64,000 nucleotides of DNA from Eledone cirrhosa (taxonomy: Eukaryota): positions 374,976,001-375,040,000 of the forward strand of contig OZ024741.1 in NCBI GenBank assembly GCA_964016885.1, given 5' to 3'. The notes beneath the pieces are model-generated. The model saw nothing but the letters and a program-made list of their open reading frames with translations. It made no database searches and was not told where the DNA came from. Made by a program: the position numbers and the translations under genes. Shown here piece by piece: positions 54,484 to 64,000 of the stretch (position 1 is the stretch's first letter; the number at the start of each line of letters is the position of its first letter).

Positions 54484-55126
54484 TCTTTACTTTGTTTATT
54501 TCAATAGAAAATCTGACACCCCAGCGAACCAACAATATTCACTGAACCAGAACAATTCTCCCATCCCATTTCTCTTGACCATTATCTTTTGCTTGTCATA
54601 AAATTCTCTAAAATACGGGCGCGAAATTTAATGAACTTGTTCACGCGACAGCCATGATTTCATTTATAACCAATCAAATTACATTTATTAAAAAAAAAGC
54701 CTTCGTGAGCCCCTTTTTTAAAGTAAAAAGAAATTCAAACACTCATATATGAAAAAACAACCTGAGCCCCCCCTATTTGAAGAACTTTGTAACGCGAACT
54801 GGCGCGAAATTTATTATACTTATTGACCAACCAATCAAATTACTTCTCTAAAAACCTGGCGTTTCGAGCCACTTTTTTCCATATAAAACAAGTAACGTTC
54901 AAAGACCAACCAGATGCGAGAAAAACCACAGACCCTCCATCTCAACTCTACTTTTGAAAAGCAGAAGAACTGCGAAACCGGTAAAGGAACGAAATAAATA
55001 TATATATATATTTTTAAAATAAGACTTCAGTTGCATTTTCGATTTCATCTTTTATTCTTTATACTTTCACTCGTGTAGGACACCTCGGTTATTTTTCATT
55101 TTGTAAAAAAAAACCTCACTTTCTAA
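54484..55126 (+). mobile_element. Dispersed repeat family X, fullest copy (possibly a non-autonomous Helitron-like element)
   Basis: Three copies in the window. Begins a|TC and ends CTAA|t within (TA)n; no TIRs and no clear 3' GC hairpin, so the class is tentative. Confidence 0.6.
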
Positions 55127-56720
55127 TATATATATATATGCACACATCACGCAAACTCACACACATAAACACATATATATGTATTTATAAAAATATCATG
55201 TACAATTCGGGATCAGCATGTACCCGGGGCCGGAGCTGCTATTATGCCAACAAGCATCCACCAAAGTCGCAGACCTCAGTGGGGCACATTATTGAATCTT
55301 ATATGATCAGTTTTATAAAATTTCCTGCGATTAGTAAATAAATCGCTAAACATCTTTGCCGTGTAGCAGTGTTGTGGAAATATCAAAGCAACGGAGAGAG
55401 GCATATAAAAAACGAGGTTAGTCAGCTTACCAAACTGTGAATGATTCTATTTGGGAGTACGGGGGCGCCTAACTCGGCGTACATTGTAGAGCTAGTCTAG
55501 AACATTAAATACCCAGACACCAGCTCTGCAGGTACTATGATTTAACTAATGGTTTTGTGTGCCCAGAAACTTGAAAAATCATTCATGGTGGTCGATTTAA
55601 CACACTTGTTAGAGGGTTGGGTATTTGTTTCAGCTCTCAGCACTCTGAGTTCAAATCCCACCTAAGTCTATTTCACTTTTTATCATATTGGGTACGGTAA
55701 AGAAAGTAGCAGCCCTCTCTTATTCCAGGTCAAACGAGTAAGGTTCGAAAGTGTTTCTGTTTCTGTTCGGGACTGAATGAAACATACAACCAAGTCATCC
55801 CATTTATGTAACTTTAACTCTTGATGGAGAGTAAGGGGCACCATCGTAACATACGGTATGTCCTGAGTATTTTAAACTTGACGGAGCCCATCCCTCTCAT
55901 AGCCGATTTCTTCCAGAGAAGGAGAGCGAGAAAGAAAGTATGTCAGAAAGAGGGCCTTGTAGTTTATTTATCGACTCTGAAAGGATGAAAGGCAAAGTTG
56001 ACCTCTGTAGGATTTGAACTCAGAAAGCGTAGGTACGTTCTAACCAGAGCTAATTCACCGCATTTTTACCAAGTCATTCACGATTTCAAGTGGCGGCTGC
56101 AGTTACATTTTCATTGAGACTATAAATATCTTTAACTGGATACAATAAGTTGATTTCTGCTTACAATTTCTTACAGTTATATTATTAGTAGAACAAAGCA
56201 ATGCTAAGGCGTGGCACATCTATAGAAATCTATTTTCTTTGCCCCTTCCCTAATGTATGTATATACACCTAGTCTAAATCTAAATTTCTCTCTTTACTTT
56301 TAGAAATCAATAAAAAGAATCTGCCAGTTATTCAAATGGGATTCATTGATACAAACATCGACTTGCCATCATTCCTTTATGGTTCCATTTTGCTATTATT
56401 TTCCATTTCAATCCTTCAAAATGTTATTTATTAAGGATAGTATATGATATGTATGGATGGTGTATAAAACCAGTATATTGTGAAAGAATGAATGAATGTG
56501 CGTGGATGTGTGTGTATTTATATATATATGTGTGTGTGTATGTATGTATGTGCGTGTATGTGTATGTATGTGTGAGTGTGCTAGAGAGAGGAGAGAGATA
56601 GAAAGACAGACAGTCAAAGAGAGTGGGAGAGAGAAGAAAGAGAGAGAAAGAATCAGTGAGAGAAAGAATCAGTGAGAGAAAGAAAAGTCAGTGAGAGGGA
56701 GAGAGAAAGAGAAAAGAGTT

Positions 56721-56794
<74 letters not shown>

Positions 56795-56869
56795 GTGTAT
56801 CATATACCGTGGCTGAATGGTTGAGGAATTCACTTGGCAAGTATAATGTTCCAGGTTCGATGCTATTGA

Positions 56870-58060
56870 ACTTGGTCCAATCAACATAGAAATATATGAC
56901 ATGGTGTCGCTATAGATATACCAGTCATACACGGAGGTGGGTCCAATCAATTATACACCGTACATACAAATATATGACGTTGTGTCGCTATAGATATACC
57001 AGTCATACACGGAGGTGGGTCCAATCAACTATACACCGTACATACAAATATATGACGTTGTGTCGCTATAGATATACCAGTCATACACGGAGGTGGGTCC
57101 AATCAACTATACACCGTACATACAAATATATGACGTTGTGTCGCTATAGATATACCAGTCATACACGGAGGTGGGTCCAATCAACTATACACCGTACATA
57201 CAAATATATGACATGGTGTCGCTATAGATATACCACATACACGGAGGTTGGTCCAATCAACTATACACCTGGTATACATATGTATGACACTACTACTAAT
57301 AGTAATACCAGTCATACACGGAAGTTAGTTCAATTGTATGACACTGTGTTTTAATAATAGAAATACCAGTCATACACGGGGGTTAGTTCAATTGTATGAC
57401 ACTGTGTTACTAATAGAAGTACCAGTTATACATGGTGGTTAGTTCAATTGTATGACACTGTGTTACTAATAGAAATACCAGTCATACACGGGGGTTAGTT
57501 CAATTGTATGACACTGTGTTACTAATAGAAGTACCAGTCATACACGGAGGTTAGTTCAATTGTATGACACTGTGTTACTAATAGAAGTACCAGTTATACA
57601 TGGGGATTAGTTCAATTGTATGACACTGTGTTGTGAAGGCGCGTGGCTTTGTGGTTAGGGTATTCGGCTCACGATCGTAATGTGGTGAGTTCGAATCCCG
57701 GCGGTGCGCTGTGTCCTTGAGCAAGACACTTTATTTCACGTTGCTCCAGTTCATTCAACTGGCAAAAATGAGTTGTACCTGTAATTTGAAAGGCCAGCCA
57801 TGTCACATTCTGTGTCACCTCGAATCTCCCTGAGAACTACGTTAAGAGTACGCATGTTCGGGGAATGCTCAGCGACTTGCACGTTAATTTCACGAGATGG
57901 CTGTTCTGTTGATCGGATCAACTGGAATACTCGTCGTCGTAACCGACGGAGTGCCTTCCATTCCATGACACTGTGTTACTAATAGAAATACCAGTCATAC
58001 ACGAGGGTTGATCCAATTGACTATACACCTTCCATATAAATGTATGACATTGTGTCACTA
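56870..58060. repeat. Composite tandem array: 78-bp units (~5) grading into related 56-bp units (~6), split by SINE B
   Basis: 26-aa repeat in ORF 56896; caattg period 56 (57445, 57501, 57557, 57613); both units share taccagtcatacacgg.gg. Confidence 0.9.
57633..57964 (+). mobile_element. Full-length tRNA-derived SINE family B (~330 bp; CORE/V-like middle; TTCCA tail)
   Basis: A-box gtggctttgtgg, B-box gagttcgaatccc, tgtgtccttgagcaagacacttt; 13-bp TSD atgacactgtgtt (57620-57632, 57965-57977). Confidence 0.92.
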
Positions 58061-59400
58061 CTAGATATAATTGTTTCTACTTTTGGCTCAAGGCCAACAA
58101 TTTTACCAGTACATTACTGGTACTTTATTTTATCGACCCCGTAAGGATGAAAGGCAAAGTTAACTTCGGAGGGATTTGAACTCAGACCGCAAAGGGCCGT
58201 AACTCTATGCTGCAAAGCATGGTGTCTGACGCTCTACCGATACTGCCAATCCACCACCCTAGATATAATGTGAACCCAACATGCCCGAAATGTGAAGAAG
58301 TTAGCTTCGAAATCATACAATCATGGGTTCGATCCGACTGTTGTTGTTGTTGTTGTTGTTGTTACTGTCTTTGTTGATGAAGACTGATATTGCTCATCTG
58401 CCATGACCACGGGTCTACTTGTCACACAGTGTGTTATGCTGAATCTCCCTGAGAATTACGTTGCAGGTACACGGGACCGGGGAATGATCAACCACTTACA
58501 CGTTAATCCAACGAACTGGCTGTTCGGTTGAGCGAATTACTGGAACACTCATCGTTGAAACCGATGGAGATCCATTCCATAATGGCGGTGCACTAACAGA
58601 ATCATTAGAGCATCGGACAAAATATCTTGTGGCATTTGTTTCAGCTCTTTACGTTCTGAGTTCAAATCCCGCGATGTCGATGAAATAAAGTACCAGCCAA
58701 GATAATAATTGTTTCTACTTTAGGCACAAGGCCAGCAATTTGAAGGGGAGGGGAAAGTCGATTAAATCGATCCCAGTGTATTACTGGTGCTTTATTTATT
58801 GACCCCGTAAGGATGAAGGGTAAAGCTAACCTCGTTGGAATTTGAACTCAGAACGTAAAGGGCAATAACTCTATGCCGCAAAGCATGGTGTCTGAGGTTT
58901 ACCGATACTGCCACTCCACCGCCCTAAGTCAAGCACGATAATAATGAATACGGCGTCGATAAAATAAAGCACCAGTAACGTACTGGAGTCGATTTAATCG
59001 ACTTTCCCCTCCCCCAAATTACTGGCCTTGTGACTATACTAGAAATCATTATATAGCACAGAGTTACGCCCCTTTCTGATCCGAGTTCAAATCCTGCCGA
59101 GGTTAACTTTGTCTTTCATCCTTACGGGGTCGATAAAATAAAGTACCAGTAATGCACTGGTTAATTGCTGGCCTTGTGCCTAAAGTAGAAATAATTATAT
59201 ACTATATGGGGGATTGGCAGTATCGGTAGAGGGTCGGACGCCATGCTTTGACGCATAGAGTTATGGCGCTTGCCATTCTGAGTTCAAATCCCGCCAAGGT
59301 TAACTTTGCCTTTCATCCTTACGGGGTCGACAAAATAAAGTACCAGTAATGCACTAGGATAATTGCTGGCCTTGTGCCAAAAGTGAAGCAATTATATACT
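58061..59400. mobile_element. Dense SINE cluster (about six family A copies on both strands plus a family B remnant)
   Basis: Example: 58069-58258 (-) with TSD ctagatataat; + copies at ~58582, 58950, 59055 and 59208. Confidence 0.85.
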
Positions 59401-59419
59401 ATATACTATGAAATAGCTA

Positions 59420-59555
59420 CCTTGAGTAACAGTAGTTGTAGTAGTATAGTAGTATTAGTACTAGTAGCAGCAGCAGCAGCAGCAGGGGTAGTAGTTGTAA
59501 TAGTAGTAGTAGCAGTAGCAGCAGCAGCTGTAGTAGTAGTAATATTAGTAGTAAA
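59420..59555. repeat. (TAG)/(CAG)n compound microsatellite
   Basis: Direct reading. Confidence 0.9.
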
Positions 59556-59959
59556 ATGAATAAGAAACGGCGAAGAAAAAAAAATCTGCAGCCACGTGGC
59601 GCCTTCCTTTTCTAAGCTGTGACCTTCCAACGTCCCGGCGTTCCATCAAACACCCATGTTTTCTATGGCGTGTGCCAATGTCGGCCTATCTTCACTAGCA
59701 GCTGGCTCCTTTAACTTACATTTGGAATATAAAAGACTGAGATGTAGGCGGAGTAGACAATACGACAAGCATTGGGGAAAGGCAGGACAATGTGTGAAAG
59801 GTTTTAGTTAGTTATCATTTCATGTTCAGCTATTGTGCTGCATCGGGAGATAAATTTTTTTACCTGGACACGTGCCGAATAATAGATTCAGCACCACCAC
59901 CACCACCACAACCCACGGCCATTGCCACCATCCTCACCTTCAGTACCATCACCATCACT

Positions 59960-61850
59960 GAAGAAAATATAAAGAAGGAAAGAAAAGGAGGGAGGGAGGA
60001 AGGAAGGGAAAAAGAAAGAGAGGGAGAAGAGAGATGGAAAGAAAGAAAGAAAGAGAGGGAGAAAAAGAGAAAGAAAGGAGGGAAGAAAGTAAGGTAGAAG
60101 AGAAGAATGAGAGATAGAAAGAAAGAAAGAGAAGGAGAAAGAAAGGAAGAAGGAAAGAAGGGAAAAAAGTAAGATAGAAAGAAAGAAAGAGGAGAAACAA
60201 AAGAAGAAAGAAAGAAGGGAATAAAGTAAGATAGAAAGTAAGAAAGAAAGCGAGGAGGAAAGAAAGAATATATATAGAAAGAAAAAAACAAAAAAGAAGG
60301 GGAGAGGGGAAGAAAGTAAGATAGAAAAAGAAAAAGAATGAAGTAGGGAATAAAGTAAGAAAGAAAAAGAAAAAGAAAAAGAAGGGAGGTAGGGAATAGA
60401 GTAAGAAAGAAAAAGAAAAAGAATGAAGTAGGGAATAAAGTGAGAAAGAAAAAGAAAAAGAATGAAGTAGGGAATAAAGTAAGAAAGAAAAAGAAAAAGA
60501 AAAAGAAAAAGAAAAAGAAGGGAAGTAGGGAATAAAGTAAGAAAGAAAAAGATAAAGAATGAAGTAGGGAATAAAGTAAGAAAGAAAAAGAAAAAGAAGG
60601 GAAGTAGGGAATAAAGTAAGAAAGAAAAAGAAAAAGAAGGGAAGTAGGTAATAAAGTAAGAAAGAAAAAGAAAAAGAAAAAGAAAAAGAAAAAGAAAAAG
60701 AAAAAGAAGGGAAGTAGGGAATAAAGTAAGAAAGAAAAAGAAAAAGAATGAAGTAGGGAATAAGGTAAGAAAGAAAAAGAAAAGAAAAAGAAGGGAAGTA
60801 GGGAATAAAGTAAGAAAGAAAAAGAAAAAGAATGAAGTAGGGAATAAAGTAAGAAAGAAAAAGAAAAAGAAGGGAAGTAGGGAATAAAGTAAGAAAGAAA
60901 AAGAAAAAGATGGGAAGTAGGGAATAAGGTAAGAAAGAAAAAGAAAAGAAAAAGAAGGGAAGTAGGGAATAAAGTAAGAAAGAAAAAGAAAAAGAAGTAG
61001 AGAATAAAGTAAGAAAGAAAAAGAAAAAGAAGGGAAGTAGGGAATAAAGTAAGAAAGAAAAAGAATGAAGTAGGGAATAAAGTAAGAAAGAAAAAGAACA
61101 AGAATGAAGTAGGGAATAAGGTAAGAAAGAAAAAGAAAAGAAAAAGAGGGGAAGTAGGGAAGAAAGTAAGAAAGAAAAAGAAAAAGAATGAAGTAGGGAA
61201 TAAAGTAAGAAAGAAAAAGAAAAAGAAAAAGAAAAAGAAAAAGAAAAAGAAAAAGAAAAAAGATGCGAATTAAGGAATAAAGTAAGAAAAAAAAGAAAAA
61301 GAAGGGAAGTAGGGAATAAAGTAAGAAAGAAAAAGAAAAAGAATGAAGTAGGGAATAAAGTAAGAAAGAAAAAGAAAAAGAATGAAGTAGGGAATAAGGT
61401 AAGAAAGAAAAAAAAAAGAAGGGAAGTAGGGAATAAAGTAAGAAAGAAAAAGAAAAAGAAGGGAAGTAGGGAATAAAGTAAGAAAGAAAAAGAAAAAGAA
61501 TGAAGTAGGGAATAAAGTAAGAAAGAAAAAGAAATAGAATGAAGTAGGGAATAAGGTAAGAAAGAAAAAGAAAAAGAATGAAGTAGAGAATAAAGTAAGA
61601 AATAAACATAAAAATAAAAATAAGGGAAATAGGGAATAAAGTAAGAAAGAAAAATAAAAAGAAGGGAAGTAGGGAATAAAGTAAGAAAGAAAAAGTAAAA
61701 GAAGGGAAGTAGGGAATAAAGTAAGAAAGAAAAAGAAAAAGAATGAAGTAGGGGACAAAGTAAGAAAGAAAAAGAATGAAATAGGGAATAAAGTAAGAAA
61801 GAAAAAGAAAAAAATAGCAAAGAAAATGAAACAACAAAAATAAAACAAAA
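59960..61850. repeat. Polypurine satellite (GAAGTAGGGAATAAAGTAAGAAA plus variable GAAAAA runs, ~40-bp period)
   Basis: Direct reading; the long F/L/S ORFs are its translations. Confidence 0.95.
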
Positions 61851-61959
61851 CCATCCCCCCCGCCCCACCATCTATATTCCTCTCGACAACCTATTCATCC
61901 ATTCTATTGGGACGACAAAGAAAGTATTAAGGAAGAAGGCGAGATAAGTGTGTTTCTGA

Positions 61960-62480
61960 AGGATGAGGAAGCAGGTGAGGTGGTGATGCTGGTAGTGGTG
62001 ATGGTGGCGGTGGTTGTGTTGGTGTTGGTGGTGGTGGTGATGGGGGTGTTGGTGTTGATGGTAGTGTTGGTGGTGTTGGTGGTGGTGATGGTGGTGATGG
62101 TGGTGATGTTGGTGGTGGCAGTGTTGGTGATGTTGGTGGTGGTGATGTTGTTGTTGTTGTTGGTGGTGGTGATGTTGGTAGTGGTGGTGGTGGTGTTGGT
62201 GGTGGTGGTGTTTGTGGTGGCGGTGTTGGTGGTGTTGGTGGTGGTGGTGGAGGTGTTGGTGTTGATTGTGGTGGTGGTGGTGCAGGTGGTGATGGTGTTG
62301 GTTGTGGTGGTTGTGGTGGTTGTGGTGGTTGTGGTGGTGGCAGTGTTGTTGGTGGTGGTGGAGGTGTTGGTGTTGTTTGTTGTGGTGGTTGTGGTGGTGT
62401 TGGTGGTGGTCGAGGTGGTGGTGGTGATGGCTGTAGTGATGGTGGTTGTGGTAGTGGTTGTGGTGGTGGTGGTATTTGTG
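61960..62480. repeat. Degenerate (GGT)n trinucleotide tract
   Basis: Direct reading. Confidence 0.95.
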
Positions 62481-63097
62481 TTGAATTGTGAAAATAAGTC
62501 GAAAGTTAGCAAACGTTAAATAGAGAAGCTGCAGGCTATAAATGAAACAATCCAATGGGTTGCTGTACACTGGCCAGGTCTCTCCCTCCCTCTCCCCTTT
62601 CTCATTCACTCTCTCTTTTTAATTAGGAACTAAGGGGAGACACTGTATAAAAGTGCAACACAATAAAATATATATCAAAACTGCTGTCTCCTTAGATTTC
62701 ACGGTCACCTATTGTGATTTGTGATATATAAATATAGTGTTGGAGGGAGGAGGCTGCCTACCTCTACGTGGTTACATGACATGCTAGAAATAATGCACAG
62801 ATATCCCTCAACACATCCAAATCGCAACTAAACATAAGGAAGAACATATTAGAGAATGCAGTCATTGATATTAAAAAATGCGATGGTTACGACTGAAAAG
62901 AAGCTTTTATCAAAGATTTCCCAAACTACAACAAAACACTCCCATTGAAACACATACATGCACACCCACATACATATATATCCCTCTAGATGACCCCAAA
63001 AGTTTTTGAACCAAAAAGGGTTCCGCGTTTGAAAAAGTTTGGGAAACCCTGCTCTAGAATAATCTACTAGGAAATATATTATGTATATGTGCTAAAC

Positions 63098-63387
63098 CAG
63101 CCATGGGCAACATGCGGCCCGCGAAGCTTTCTGAGTGGCTCGCCTAAGTCACCTAAGTGAAATCTTTCTGATTTTTTTACCCCAACTTTTCAGTCGTAAT
63201 TTATCTTTCTATCATTTTTACGATCGAGGAAAACAACGTGTACGATTCTGAAGAAACAAATCAAAACAACCCGAGTTACCGTCCTTTTCTTTAATGTGGG
63301 CACGAATGTAAATTAGCGCCTGTGGCCCGCCTGATGATGAGCCATATCTCATGCGGTCCGCTTCTCAAAAAAGGTTGCCCATGCCTG
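63098..63387. mobile_element. hAT (Charlie-like) MITE, 290 bp
   Basis: TIRs cagccatgggcaac / gttgcccatgcctg; perfect 8-bp TSD tgctaaac; subterminal tgcggcccgc motifs. Confidence 0.92.
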
Positions 63388-64000
63388 TGCTAAACAGACA
63401 CATAAGGACCTGGAATTAAGGCCACAGTCTCCTTTTGGTGTAGGACCCGTCGAGATCTTTGGCGTCCTTTGTTTTCCTCCGCAAAATCGGGATAAGAGCG
63501 TAAGAGCATCTTGCCTGAGGAATGAGTCTTGTTAAGCAGAGTGTCTGATACAGTGGGTGTTATTCTTCGTGGCAATGTCGTCGTCATTTCATCAGCATGT
63601 GCTGGTGAGGTATACCACTTAGATTGGGGTGTAGAGTCTGCCTCTCCCTCACCCTTTCCCTTACTTTTGCTATTTAATTTAATTTAATTGTTTTCTTTCT
63701 TATTCATTTTTTTTGTTTTGTTTTAAATATGCAAACCTTGATAAATTATAAATTTCTCTTATTTTGAAATAAAATGAAGACTGCTACTTTAAATAAATGG
63801 ACTATGTGATGGCCTTGTATTCTGAACTGATGTCTTAAAGAATAGTCCAATAATGGAGCCCCAAGAACCATTTCATTGTTTCACTAACAAGAAATTAATT
63901 AATATTTAAGTAAAATGGAGTCGTAAGGATACCGTCTTGGCACACGGCGTTTCTTTGACATTAAAACCTGTCATCCATCTTTTTCAAGTTTAGAACAATC

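Noticed and set aside
59860-61871. 413-649-aa F/L/S-rich ORFs
   Set aside because: Open in all three frames because the polypyrimidine strand lacks stop codons.
61872-62609. Poly-His, poly-Thr and poly-Val ORFs
   Set aside because: Translations of degenerate (GGT)n; no splice or flanking coding evidence.
63331-63345. CTGATGA hammerhead core (also 14824-14845)
   Set aside because: No downstream GAAA or stems; the first lies within a hAT MITE.

Overview
Eukaryotic, AT-rich genomic DNA saturated with microsatellites and retroposons. The SINE families and repeat landscape look like a coleoid cephalopod (octopus-like); this is an inference. Only one credible protein-coding region is present: an intronless class-A (peptide-receptor-like) GPCR ORF at 23286-24407 (+), lying between a 4.4-kb 17-bp satellite and a 2.9-kb 28-bp satellite. 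The rest consists of about 30 copies of an (ATT)n-tailed tRNA-like SINE, a second (TTCCA)n-tailed tRNA SINE family, decayed LINEs (CR1, RTE, Tx1/L1, CRE-type RLE), a Penelope-like (Naiad-type) GIY-YIG fragment with hammerhead-ribozyme motifs, hAT and Tc2-like MITEs, and simple repeats. Nearly all other ORFs in the track are translations of repeats. The most notable structure: (i) SINEs stacked serially at one site, with the same ~15-bp target re-duplicated between copies; (ii) a 1.5-kb minisatellite that arose from a SINE A-box inside a single TSD-bounded insertion, plus two other SINE-segment amplifications; (iii) several long palindromes, two of them centred on (TA)n tracts, that duplicate pre-existing SINEs and their flanks; (iv) three decayed type-I hammerhead motifs. 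Coordinates of decayed repeats are approximate.
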